Counted from the first letter of the stretch, positions 48,523 to 57,641 are shown. The stretch is DNA of 64,000 bases from a virus (IMGVR_UViG_3300029288_000063:64001-128000), one strand, 5' to 3'. Notes: generated by a model from the letters alone, not told the origin. Numbers and translations are program-made.

Positions 48523-49185
48523 ATGAAGAGTGATGAACGACAAGAGGCAAGAAAACTCAGGGGACAGGGATTATCTGTCAAAGAAATAACAAGGAGAGTC
48601 GGAGTCGCAAAGTCGTCAGTGAGTCGCTGGGTCAGAGACATCGAGCTTACTGACGAACAAAAAATGAACCTCCGACCATGCACAGTTGCTTTTGGAATCA
48701 ATCGATTAAGGTATTTTTCTGAACTTCGGGACTCATACAGAGAAGTAGGGAGAGACCAAGCCAAGAAAAACAACCTTTTGCATGCAATGGGGTGCATGCT
48801 CTACTGGGCAGAAGGATGGCACACAAACAATCGGAACTGTATGAAGTTTTCAAACTCAAGTGTTCCGATGATGAAATTGTTTCTGAAGTTCCTGCGGAAT
48901 GAGATGTCTGTAAAAGATAATGATGTCATCATCAAGATACATTGTTATACAGACAAAAGGAGCGCAAGCGACATTGAATCGCACTGGCTTAACGAACTCG
49001 GTCTTCCGCAAAACTGTTTGAGGAAAACGGTGGCAGACAAAAGGCCGGGGTGTACGCAGAACAAACGCAACAACATTCTGGAATGGGGAACATGCCATCT
49101 GATTATACATGACGTGAGAGTCGTTCAAGGCATCTACGGCGCAATCGAGGAGTATGGGAAATTCAGGAATGGTGCATGGGATTGA
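48523..49185 (+). CDS. HTH + LAGLIDADG-like endonuclease
   Basis: GLSVKEITRRVGVAKSSVSRW; GCMLYWAEG, FSNS; A-rich composition. Confidence 0.7.
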   Translation: MKSDERQEARKLRGQGLSVKEITRRVGVAKSSVSRWVRDIELTDEQKMNLRPCTVAFGINRLRYFSELRDSYREVGRDQAKKNNLLHAMGCMLYWAEGWHTNNRNCMKFSNSSVPMMKLFLKFLRNEMSVKDNDVIIKIHCYTDKRSASDIESHWLNELGLPQNCLRKTVADKRPGCTQNKRNNILEWGTCHLIIHDVRVVQGIYGAIEEYGKFRNGAWD

Positions 49186-49247
49186 GCCAAGCTGGTTATG
49201 AGGGTTCGATTCCCTTCACCCGCTCCAAATTTGGAAGGTGGTGAGAC

Positions 49248-49475
49248 GTGGACAGGGAACACTTAAAATCTTTGATCGAATCACTGAAATCCATCAACCT
49301 CGACGAGTTTGACAGTATATCTGACGATGAGCTTCAAAAGAGGCTTGATAAGGCTCGTGCGTGTAATCCGGAAGGAATGGTGGCGTACGAGAAAATGTTG
49401 AGCGAAATTGACATTGATGAACTCGGACAGGACATCGGTTGTGAGTTGAGGGACGACGTGACAGATATGGTTTGA
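49248..49475 (+). CDS. hypothetical acidic protein
   Basis: GGAAGGTGG SD-like site. Confidence 0.5.
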   Translation: MDREHLKSLIESLKSINLDEFDSISDDELQKRLDKARACNPEGMVAYEKMLSEIDIDELGQDIGCELRDDVTDMV

Positions 49476-49708
49476 GTTTTTTTGGGGAAAGTGAGGGGGC
49501 AACAAGTGTCGGCACAGGAAGGTGTTTGTTGTGTTGTGGCGTTTCCGCATTCCGCAGAGTGTAAGGGTTGTGGGAAGTCGTTCAAAAAGAGAAGTCGTTT
49601 TCATCTTTATTGCAACAGATGTAATAAAAAGGTTTCACGAACGCCTCGGTTTGGATGTGGGACGTTTACAAGACGCCATTCTTGTCCTGATGAAGAAATT
49701 AAATAAAC

Positions 49709-49896
49709 GGCGGCAGAGCCTCGGTGGTCGGGGGACGGTGTGAAAAGAAGTCCAATATGGGAAATACAAAAAGAAAGTCTTGAAGAGATTATCTCTTTGT
49801 CGGCTTCCGTGTCAGAGGTTTTGCGGCGATTGGGGATGAAAACAACGTGCGGTGGAACATATCGAACGCTGATGCGAAGGATAAAAGAAGAAATAA
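49709..49896 (+). pseudogene. tRNA-Cys-like 5' half (49709-49739) and truncated HNH N-terminus (49740-49896)
   Basis: GGCGGCA-GA-GCCTCGGTGGTCGGGG-GACGG; peptide resembles the N-terminus of the 62073 HNH. Confidence 0.6.
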
Positions 49897-49972
49897 GGCG
49901 AGCGAACCCATGCGGCATGGGGACGGACTGCAAACCCGTTAAACTCTGGTTCGACTCCAGCGCTCGCTTCCA
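49897..49972 (+). tRNA. tRNA-Cys(GCA), divergent
   Basis: CT-GCA-AA loop, U73, CCA. Confidence 0.82.
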
Positions 49973-49985
49973 TAAAGGGACGGTA

Positions 49986-50531
49986 ATGTACCCTGAGCAT
50001 CTTTTACCAGTCTTGAAGGCGATGTTGGTCGAGTTGAATTCGACTCGGCTTGAGGTTTTGCTTGTACCTGCGGAAGACCAAAGGCATTGTGGTCATAAAG
50101 TGCGTGTGGTAGAATCGAACAACCCGTGGTGGTATCGGGAAATTTGTTCCCGGTATCCGTCGCGGTCAAAGTCGCATAGTCGTTGTCCGTGGAAGCACAC
50201 AAGGGTGAAAAGGCGAAGGATTTTGGAAGCCCTTGAAAAAATGTCTGCCGATATTTGCTCGAAAAGTTCCTTTGTGGACGATATCCTTGAGGTGGCGGAA
50301 GAAGAGTTGTGCCGATGGGAAGAGGAACGCATAGAGTGGGAGGAACGGTCTACACACTACACCGTGGCGCAATTGGTGGCGCACGACGCTCTGAACGTCG
50401 GGGTTGAAGGTTCGAGTCCTTCCGGTGTAACCATTACCCCGTCGTCTAACGGTAGGACACAAGACTTTGACTCTTGTAACGATGGTTCGAATCCATCCGG
50501 GGTAACCAAATTTGAAGGAGTTCCGTGGTGA
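49986..50531 (+). CDS. hypothetical protein (frame continues through two tRNA-Gln genes; true end uncertain)
   Basis: Start follows tRNA-Cys; protein-like up to about 50357. Confidence 0.4.
   Translation: MYPEHLLPVLKAMLVELNSTRLEVLLVPAEDQRHCGHKVRVVESNNPWWYREICSRYPSRSKSHSRCPWKHTRVKRRRILEALEKMSADICSKSSFVDDILEVAEEELCRWEEERIEWEERSTHYTVAQLVAHDALNVGVEGSSPSGVTITPSSNGRTQDFDSCNDGSNPSGVTKFEGVPW
50358..50433 (+). tRNA. tRNA-Gln(CTG)
   Basis: Cloverleaf, CCA. Confidence 0.9.
50435..50508 (+). tRNA. tRNA-Gln(TTG)
   Basis: Cloverleaf, CCA. Confidence 0.92.
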
Positions 50532-50830
50532 AGATGTATATTCTGATAAAAAATGACTTGGCTGTTGGTCATTCGGTGTTGGCTGCCGCGCACGCTTCGT
50601 TGGCGTGCTATCTGAAGTTCCAGAACGACGAAAGAATGCGCCAGTGGGTGTCAGGCGTGTTTTACAAGGTTGTCTGTGTGGTGTCGCCTGAAGAGTTTGA
50701 GAGGGCGAAGGAGGTCGAGGACAATGTCGTCATGACGGAGTCGTCCCTTGGTGGTGCGGAAGTTGCTGTTGCGTTTTGTCCGAGAGAAGAATGGCCGAAG
50801 ATGTTCAGGTTTCTTCGGCTTTTGAAATAG
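50525..50830 (+). CDS. Pth2-family peptidyl-tRNA hydrolase-like protein
   Basis: KMYILI..DL..G...AAHAS..W...YKVVC. Confidence 0.7.
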   Translation: MVKMYILIKNDLAVGHSVLAAAHASLACYLKFQNDERMRQWVSGVFYKVVCVVSPEEFERAKEVEDNVVMTESSLGGAEVAVAFCPREEWPKMFRFLRLLK

Positions 50831-50833
50831 AAT

Positions 50834-50910
50834 GGTGGTATAGCTTAGTTGGCCGAAAGCACCGGCTTCATAAGCCGGTATCGGTGGTTCGAATCCACCT
50901 ACCACTACCA
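50834..50910 (+). tRNA. tRNA-Met(CAT)
   Basis: Cloverleaf, CCA. Confidence 0.9.
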
Positions 50911-50916
50911 TAATTT

Positions 50917-51008
50917 TGCGGGGGAGTGAAACGGATTTCCCGAAAGGGAATAATCATTCAAGCCCCATAAGCTTGAGATAGTGGGTTCGACTCCCATCCC
51001 CGCGTCCA
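50917..51008 (+). tRNA. tRNA-Met(CAT), fMet-like, with a hairpin inserted in the D loop
   Basis: TGCGGGG/CCCCGCG, CC-CAT-AA loop, CCA. Confidence 0.8.
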
Positions 51009-51029
51009 AATTGCAACGGAGGTTGTATA

Positions 51030-51266
51030 ATGGGTCATATGACGAAGGCGTCTGATTGTATTTGTTGCGTTTGTCATAAGGAAAAGGCTGTTGCCTTTTG
51101 GCCTATGGTTGATATCGACATTCCTGCCCATCCGTATTGTAAGAAGTGTTTGGATGAGGCACAGTTGAAGGTGATGATTCAGTTGGCAGAAACGGACTTT
51201 TATGGGTTGCCGAAGAAAACAAATTCACCGAAGAAGGCGAAAGCAAAGAAAAAGCGAGGTGGTTGA
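51030..51266 (+). CDS. small Zn-finger protein
   Basis: CCVC..YCKKC; GGAGG SD. Confidence 0.6.
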   Translation: MGHMTKASDCICCVCHKEKAVAFWPMVDIDIPAHPYCKKCLDEAQLKVMIQLAETDFYGLPKKTNSPKKAKAKKKRGG

Positions 51267-51359
51267 TGAAGTGGCTATTTAATATTGTTTTCCCGTTTGG
51301 GATTCCGTATTGATATCGCCAGCATAGCTCAATTGGTAGAGCACCTGCTTTGTTGTAAC

Positions 51360-51433
51360 GCTGGCATAGTTCAATGATAGAATAGTTGTCTTGTAAGCAT
51401 CAGACGATGGTTTGATTCCATCTGCCAGCTCCA
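51360..51433 (+). tRNA. tRNA-Thr(TGT), nested divergent replacement
   Basis: CT-TGT-AA loop, A19:U56 compensatory pair, CCA; one anticodon-stem mismatch. Confidence 0.75.
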
Positions 51434-51506
51434 ACAAACAGAAACGCAGACCAAGTGACCAATTCTTTTATGGTCTCCATTCGAATAGCGTAGTCGGCTA
51501 TTTTGG

Positions 51507-52199
51507 ATGGAGGACAAGAGAATGTTCAAGTGCGAAAAGTGTGGTAAGGAGTTTGACAACGAGAGGTCGTTTAGTGGGCACAAAGGTGCCTGCGGGAAGA
51601 AAAAAGAGTGTCCTGTTTGTTGTCGGATGATAAGTGTTTCGAATTTTATTGCGCATGTGAAGTCGCATGAAAACGACAAGGCTTGTCCAGCGTGTGGTGG
51701 GGTGGTTCATGGTCGTGGACGCTTTTGCTCGAAAAGTTGTGCTGCCTCGGTGAACAATGTTGGTGTTGTTCGCAATGGGGTAAAAAAGAAAGACGCGTTT
51801 TGTTTAACGTGTGGAAAGATTTTGGTTCGACGTCAGGTTAAATATTGTTCAAATCATTGCCAACAAGAAAAGAAATATAGAGAATACATAGGTCGGTGGT
51901 TGATTGGAAAAGAAACAGGCAACATGGATGGTTGTATGAATATATCAAATTATGTTCGACGTTGGCTATACGAAACGAGGGGGAAAAGGTGTGAGGGGTG
52001 CGGGTGGGCGAGAAAACATTCGATGGACGGTTCGATTCCGATTCAAGTCGAGCACATTGATGGTAATGCTCAAAACACGACACCTGAAAACTTGAGGATA
52101 TTGTGTCCGAGTTGCCATAGTTTAACGTTGACCTTTGGAAACAGAAACAAGGGAAAGGGTCGATCAAAGAGGCGATCAAAGAGGTGTTCAAAAGAGTAA
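51507..52199 (+). CDS. Zn-finger HNH endonuclease
   Basis: EHIDGN..N..PENLRILCPSCH; several CxxC. Confidence 0.9.
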   Translation: MEDKRMFKCEKCGKEFDNERSFSGHKGACGKKKECPVCCRMISVSNFIAHVKSHENDKACPACGGVVHGRGRFCSKSCAASVNNVGVVRNGVKKKDAFCLTCGKILVRRQVKYCSNHCQQEKKYREYIGRWLIGKETGNMDGCMNISNYVRRWLYETRGKRCEGCGWARKHSMDGSIPIQVEHIDGNAQNTTPENLRILCPSCHSLTLTFGNRNKGKGRSKRRSKRCSKE

Positions 52200-52309
52200 G
52201 CAGGCGGTTGGGGGTTCGAGTCCCTCTGCTGGCTCCATAAAGAAGCTACTTTCCTTCATGAAAACGCCGATATGGCTCAGGAGGTACTCTACCTACTTGG
52301 ACAACAAAT

Positions 52310-52383
52310 GCTGGCATAGTTCAGTGGTAAAACAGATTCTTGGTAAGAATCAGACGAGGGTTCGATTCCCCCTGCCAGCTCCA
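52310..52383 (+). tRNA. tRNA-Thr(GGT)
   Basis: Cloverleaf, CCA; same family as 51360-51433. Confidence 0.88.
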
Positions 52384-52517
52384 AATTGGACTGTTATGAA
52401 AAGATTGCATCATGACCCGGAAAACGGTATAAGTAAAAGGCAGTCGTTGTATGCCAAGAAGACCAGAGCTTGGCTCAGGGGTGTGATGTGTGTTTTGAAA
52501 AAAAAAGGAGAAAATGA

Positions 52518-53021
52518 ATGAGGGTTATTGACGCTCCCGAGTCGTTGTCAGATTTACCGCGCCCGGCAGTGTTCTTGGCGGGCGGGATTACCGGGTGTCC
52601 GGATTGGCAAAATAAGGTTATCGCAGGTCTGTCGGACCTTGACTTTGGGTGTGTCCTGAACCCGCGTCGGGCGAATTTTCCGATTCACGACCCCAATGCG
52701 GCGCGGGAACAAATCACTTGGGAGTTCAACGCCTTGCATAAGGCTGATTTGTTCTCGATGTGGTTTTGCAACACGGAGTCAGACCTACCGATTTGTTTTT
52801 ACGAGTTGGGTCGGTATGTCGCGATTCGGCAGGTAAACGTGCAGCTTGACCGTGTTCTTATTGGTGTTGAGACGGGGTTTAAGCGGTCACAGGATGTGTA
52901 TATTCAAATGGAATTGGTAAACAAGGGAATTTCGGACAACATTTTCTCATCGTTGGACGATTATATAGTGGCGCTTCGTGAGTTGGTGTTGAACTTTGTC
53001 TCGAACACAGTGTTCGAGTAA
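52518..53021 (+). CDS. nucleoside 2-deoxyribosyltransferase-like protein
   Basis: VFLAGGI..CPDWQ, LNPRR, QITWE, YELG. Confidence 0.8.
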   Translation: MRVIDAPESLSDLPRPAVFLAGGITGCPDWQNKVIAGLSDLDFGCVLNPRRANFPIHDPNAAREQITWEFNALHKADLFSMWFCNTESDLPICFYELGRYVAIRQVNVQLDRVLIGVETGFKRSQDVYIQMELVNKGISDNIFSSLDDYIVALRELVLNFVSNTVFE

Positions 53022-53110
53022 ACTGGAGGGTTCTACCATGTTTAGCCTTTTGTGTTCGGAAGTCTTGGTGTTTCGGTGTTGAACTAAAACCAGAGAAAGG
53101 AGGATAACCG

Positions 53111-53620
53111 ATGAAGGTATTGCTTTTGAACCATTCGGAAGAAATTTTGGACGTGATCTCGTGGCAGCGTGCGGTGACGTTGTTGTTTTCGGGAAAGGCC
53201 CGGAAGCCGCATGGCTATGATGATGAGTACGAAATCAAGACCGTGTCCGGTGTTTTCCGGCTTCCGTCGGCTATTGTCCTCGTCTCGTATGTTCGGATTC
53301 CGTACAAGAAGGCGGCAGTCAACAAGGAAAACGTGTTGAAGCGTGACAAGTTCACCTGTCAATACTGTGGTAAGCATTTGACGATGTCATCCGGCACAAT
53401 CGACCACGTTCACCCGACATCTCGTGGCGGGCGGCATGAGTGGAAGAACGTTGTTGCTGCGTGCGCAAAGTGCAACAATAAGAAGGCGAATCAGCGTCCG
53501 GAAGAAGCCGGGATGGTTTTGTTGTCTCATCCGTCCGTGCCGACCCGCAACCTGATTGTTTTGACGGGTATAAATCCCCATACTCTTGGGACGTGGACGA
53601 GGTGGGTTGACCTTGGTTAA
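53111..53620 (+). CDS. HNH endonuclease (McrA-like)
   Basis: RDKFTCQYCG, TIDHVHP.SRGG..W.N..AC.KCN. Confidence 0.9.
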   Translation: MKVLLLNHSEEILDVISWQRAVTLLFSGKARKPHGYDDEYEIKTVSGVFRLPSAIVLVSYVRIPYKKAAVNKENVLKRDKFTCQYCGKHLTMSSGTIDHVHPTSRGGRHEWKNVVAACAKCNNKKANQRPEEAGMVLLSHPSVPTRNLIVLTGINPHTLGTWTRWVDLG

Positions 53621-53662
53621 CGTGTGTGTGGTTTCGTAGATCAATAACACCCGTCGTGCCGT

Positions 53663-54019
53663 GTGGCGACGGGTGTTGTTTTAGGAGCCATCATGATTTT
53701 TTCGTCTCCAATAACCTGTCCACCCGAAACGACTGGTTCGGTTTCATACACTGTTTATTCTGGAGGGACAACATCGACGACCGAAACGACGTTTGTGGCG
53801 AGCAGTGATTGTTCGTGTTCGGCGGGTTGTTCGCGTTGTGCGGATTCGCATGAATATGTTCTGACTGTCTTAATGCCAGTTGAGGGTTATGAGGTTCCAG
53901 TCTTACCGAAAACAAAACACGATTCGTATAAAGGTCATCGTGCGGGGCATCCACGTAAAGTGCGGTCGTGGAACAAGATACACAAGCCATTCGGTGGTTA
54001 TGGATTCTTCCGTGGTTAA
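53663..54019 (+). CDS. hypothetical protein (start uncertain)
   Basis: ORF only. Confidence 0.35.
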   Translation: MATGVVLGAIMIFSSPITCPPETTGSVSYTVYSGGTTSTTETTFVASSDCSCSAGCSRCADSHEYVLTVLMPVEGYEVPVLPKTKHDSYKGHRAGHPRKVRSWNKIHKPFGGYGFFRG

Positions 54020-54037
54020 ATGCGAAGAATCCATCTC

Positions 54038-54111
54038 GGGGCGTGCGTCCCGGTTGACCGGATGGGTCTTATAAACTCGTTGGCAGGGTTCAACTCCTTG
54101 ACGCCCTACCA
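54038..54111 (+). tRNA. tRNA-Ile(TAT)
   Basis: CT-TAT-AA loop, T arm, A73 and CCA; atypical D arm. Confidence 0.75.
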
Positions 54112-54187
54112 AAAAAACAGGCGGATAACCTCCGCCTTTTATTTTTTGAATTACTGACTCTCTGTAGAAACGTAATGGAGAGATCAG

Positions 54188-54649
54188 ATGACCATACAGG
54201 AAATCGGTGGTATATTTGGTATTTTGTCGATGGTTTTCAGTCTAGGTATTTGGCTTTTCAAACGAGGAGCCGATGTGGGTGCGTTTTCGGCTCGCTTCGG
54301 TCAGTTTGCGGAATCGTTGAACTCCTTGAGGCGGCGTCAAGATTCAGCGGAAAAAAGCATTAAACTGTTAGTGGAGGATAGCGTTGATGGTGGTGTTAAT
54401 TGGTCGGTTAAAAAGCTGAAAGAAGATGTCCGTGGTATAATTGAAGATAGTAGAAATATTTCTGACTCGGCAAAACAATCCGAAGTGTTGGCAAGGGAAG
54501 CCTTGGAGCAGATTAAAAAGTTAGACGAAGAGAATGACAAGGAACACGGTAAGAATCAAGCACAGATTATTTTGCTTGCAAAGCAGATTCGTGCAATCAT
54601 TGAACACCTTAATGAGAATGTGCGGAATCAGAAAACAAAACCACAGTAA
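54188..54649 (+). CDS. single-TM coiled-coil protein
   Basis: N-terminal hydrophobic helix; GGAG SD. Confidence 0.6.
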   Translation: MTIQEIGGIFGILSMVFSLGIWLFKRGADVGAFSARFGQFAESLNSLRRRQDSAEKSIKLLVEDSVDGGVNWSVKKLKEDVRGIIEDSRNISDSAKQSEVLAREALEQIKKLDEENDKEHGKNQAQIILLAKQIRAIIEHLNENVRNQKTKPQ

Positions 54650-54717
54650 AAAGTCGTTCCGGAACTATATAGTGTAATTGATTGGTGTTTTTTTGTATTT
54701 TTATAAGGGGTATGAGA

Positions 54718-55236
54718 ATGAAAACGTTTTCTGTATTTCTTGTCGTTGTGTTGTGCTCTGGGTGTGAATTTTCGACCTCTGGGTCATCCTCTGTGTTGCC
54801 TGTAAGTATGAATGTTCAACGTGCGGTGTTGCATTCCGGTGGTCAGGTTGCCACATCTGCCCTTTTAGACAGTTCGTCTATAGACAAGGTTGACCAGCGT
54901 ATTGCAGACACGAAGGTTATTGTCAATGAGATTCGGCAACTCCTTGATACAGGTAAGTTTGGGGCAATGACTTTGGTTGAGCTTCAGTCTGGATTGAACA
55001 AGATTGTTCCGGCTGAATATTCCATTTACTCATCTCAGATTGTATCGGCTGTGTCTGCGTTCGTAACTGTTCCTACCGATAAGCTTGGTGAAAACAACAT
55101 TCTTCGTATTAAGGAAGTTTTGGACGGCATCGAACTTCGCTGCGAACGCTACGACAAGACTGCCCGTCTGAGCGACCGCAGTCTGTCTGCTCCTGCGAAG
55201 ACTCCGAAGAGTGCTGTTCGCATTGTTGTTCAGTGA
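54718..55236 (+). CDS. putative lipoprotein
   Basis: Signal peptide with CSGC lipobox. Confidence 0.6.
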   Translation: MKTFSVFLVVVLCSGCEFSTSGSSSVLPVSMNVQRAVLHSGGQVATSALLDSSSIDKVDQRIADTKVIVNEIRQLLDTGKFGAMTLVELQSGLNKIVPAEYSIYSSQIVSAVSAFVTVPTDKLGENNILRIKEVLDGIELRCERYDKTARLSDRSLSAPAKTPKSAVRIVVQ

Positions 55237-55251
55237 TTCCGCGAGGAAAAT

Positions 55252-55473
55252 ATGATTGACAACCACACTGTTGGTTCTGTGAAACGCATTTCGCCGGTGT
55301 TGAATAGGAATGCTATTGTAAAGAGTGGTGGAGTCCTCCAACAGTCGGAGGAGGTTGGTTATGTTGTAAGGGAGAAAATCGGCGTTGGAGTATATAACCC
55401 ATCCGCGTTAAATCTGTTCTTAAAAAAAGAGTCTGAAGGGGCGTTGCCTGTTTATGATGAAGACCCGAATTGA
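55252..55473 (+). CDS. hypothetical protein
   Basis: GAGG SD. Confidence 0.45.
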   Translation: MIDNHTVGSVKRISPVLNRNAIVKSGGVLQQSEEVGYVVREKIGVGVYNPSALNLFLKKESEGALPVYDEDPN

Positions 55474-57641
55474 AATTCTGTTATGAACTTGATATAGGAA
55501 AGCTGAATATGATCAGGAGAGTTCTTTTTTCGATAGTAGTGGTTGCTGCTATTTGCACTGTTGTTTTAGTGACGATATCAATGACTGTCGTCAAAAATGG
55601 ATTCTCTTCTGTAGATGAGGATCGGGTGATTGAATCCTCACACCTTGTTCGTTCTATCGTTCAAAGAGAATTGCTCGGTTTGGCCAGCACTGTTGGGGAT
55701 TGGTCACGGTGGGATGATGCTTGGGAGTATGTTAATCAAGACGGCAAAGATAGGTCTTTTGTCGAACAAAATATTGATCTCGCTTCACTATTACAGTTGC
55801 GCGTGTTTTATGTCATGTTTCTTGGACGGGATGGACATCCTATTTCCGAATTTGTTGTTCGTGACGGGGACATCTATGAGGTTCCGAATTCCGAGCTGTC
55901 CTTGGCGTCTATAGATGGTTTTCAATCGGCATCTGAACGGTGCATGCGCGGCGAGGTTGTGCAGGGTTTGTCTTGGATAGGAGACAAGATGTCCTTGGTG
56001 GCAATGTCGTCTATCTCTAAGTCGGACGGTTCGTGTGTCGGAAACGGTATGTTGGTTTTCTGTCGTGATGCGTCCGGTATGGTTTCGGAAATTAACAAGA
56101 CGTTTGAGTCGTTTTCGATATCCGGTGATTGTTCAAGCGAGATAATGAACGACCTCGTTATCAATACCTCCGATTCGAGCGTGTCTGGGACTTTTCTTGT
56201 TCCCAGTGTTGAGGGAGGGAAAAACTATCTCGCAAGCCTATCTGTTCCGAGCTTTTCCGAGTTGCAGGGCAACCGCATTATCCTTGTTTTCGTTTTTGCG
56301 AGTATAGGGTTTGTTTTCGTTGTTTCGATTGCGCTGTGGAAGGTTGTTGATAGGATGGTATTATCGAGGCTTTCTGTCACAATGTCCGCTGTCAAAGAGA
56401 TTGGTCGTTCTGCCGATGTGACAAAGAAGCTGCCCGGTGGTGAATGTTCTGATGAGTTTGGCGTTTTCATTCACAACTTGAACGATATGCTTGAATCTAT
56501 TCGCGTGTCAGAAGAAAAGACAAAAGAATCAGAAAATGCTTTAAAACGTTCTGAGCGAGTAACACTTCTTGGCAAATTCGCGGAGGGTATTGCGCACGAC
56601 CTGAATAACCTTTTGGCAATTATTAAGGGCTATGCGGACTCGTTGAAGTTTGCCGGTTCACTTTCTGAATCTCTCGTGCTGTGTGACAACATAAGTTCCA
56701 CAGTCGGAGAATGTACGGCTTTGATTGGTAAGATTTTGTCGTTTTCGAGGCGTGGTAATATCAACTTTGTGCCGGTTGATCTGCACCCATTGTTGGGTGA
56801 TATATGTTCGATGTTTCATTACGCCATAGAGAAAAAGAGTGTATGTTTTGAATCGGTTATGGGGGCGGAGAACAGTGTGGTTCATGGGAACAAGTCTGAA
56901 ATTCAAAATGCCATATTGAGTCTGTTGGTTAATGCCCGAGAGGCTGTTTCTGATAATGGTCATATCTTTATCAAATCAAGAAACGTTATCGACCCTGACG
57001 GTTTGTCTTCTGGTGAATATGTGGAGGTGGAGGTGAGTGATGACGGTGTTGGAATTCCTCCGTCGATTATGAAAAATCTTTTTGTTCCATTTCAAACAAC
57101 AAAGGAATATGGAAAGGGTCTTGGACTTTCTTTTGTTCATGGGACGGCGGAAAGACACAAAGGAAGGGTAAGTGTTTCCAGTATTCCCGGTAAAACATCT
57201 GTGCTGCTCTTGATTCCGTGCTCTGAAAAAAAGGCTAGTGTTCCGGAGAAAAACAGCGTTATGAGACATAAGACTCCGTGTGTTGTGCATGTCGAAGATG
57301 AGGCGGCCATTCGTGAAATCGTTAAGTTGCAGCTTGAGGATGATGGGTTTTGTGTGAAATCTTTTGCGCATGGTGATGGTGCGATTAGTTATGTTCGTGA
57401 ACACAAGCAAGATGTTGACTTTGCGATTCTCGACTTCGCGGTTCCTCCTGTGGATGGTGTTTACATCTTTCATGAGATGAGAAAGATTATACCAACTCTT
57501 CCAGTTGCGTTTATGACTGGTTTTTGTGACGCTAGGGCTGAAGACTTGCGTGCCGAGGGGGCGGTCGGTGTTTTCGAGAAACCAATCAATTTCAAGTCAG
57601 TTCTTAGTCTTCTGAACGATATACTTGGAAAGCGTGGGTAG
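55470..57641 (+). CDS. membrane hybrid histidine kinase (CHASE4-HAMP-HisKA-HATPase-REC)
   Basis: DWSRWDD, two TMs, DEFG, AHDLNN, DDGVG, GLGL, VEDE. Confidence 0.9.
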   Translation: MKFCYELDIGKLNMIRRVLFSIVVVAAICTVVLVTISMTVVKNGFSSVDEDRVIESSHLVRSIVQRELLGLASTVGDWSRWDDAWEYVNQDGKDRSFVEQNIDLASLLQLRVFYVMFLGRDGHPISEFVVRDGDIYEVPNSELSLASIDGFQSASERCMRGEVVQGLSWIGDKMSLVAMSSISKSDGSCVGNGMLVFCRDASGMVSEINKTFESFSISGDCSSEIMNDLVINTSDSSVSGTFLVPSVEGGKNYLASLSVPSFSELQGNRIILVFVFASIGFVFVVSIALWKVVDRMVLSRLSVTMSAVKEIGRSADVTKKLPGGECSDEFGVFIHNLNDMLESIRVSEEKTKESENALKRSERVTLLGKFAEGIAHDLNNLLAIIKGYADSLKFAGSLSESLVLCDNISSTVGECTALIGKILSFSRRGNINFVPVDLHPLLGDICSMFHYAIEKKSVCFESVMGAENSVVHGNKSEIQNAILSLLVNAREAVSDNGHIFIKSRNVIDPDGLSSGEYVEVEVSDDGVGIPPSIMKNLFVPFQTTKEYGKGLGLSFVHGTAERHKGRVSVSSIPGKTSVLLLIPCSEKKASVPEKNSVMRHKTPCVVHVEDEAAIREIVKLQLEDDGFCVKSFAHGDGAISYVREHKQDVDFAILDFAVPPVDGVYIFHEMRKIIPTLPVAFMTGFCDARAEDLRAEGAVGVFEKPINFKSVLSLLNDILGKRG

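Larger units (their letters stand above)
48316..49227 (+). mobile_element. split tRNA-Gly (48316-48346 + 49187-49227) containing replacement tRNA-Gly and an endonuclease gene
   Basis: Halves rejoin into a cloverleaf nearly identical to 48016-48089. Confidence 0.85.
51318..52237 (+). mobile_element. split tRNA-Thr(TGT) (51318-51353 + 52198-52237) containing replacement tRNA-Thr and an HNH gene
   Basis: Halves rejoin exactly: CCTGC-TT-TGT-AA-GCAGG; GCCAGCA/TGCTGGC. Confidence 0.9.

Noticed and set aside
49740-50531. Single 263-aa ORF as listed in the ORF track
   Set aside because: The frame crosses three tRNA genes; it is better read as an HNH remnant, tRNA-Cys and a separate ORF from 49986.
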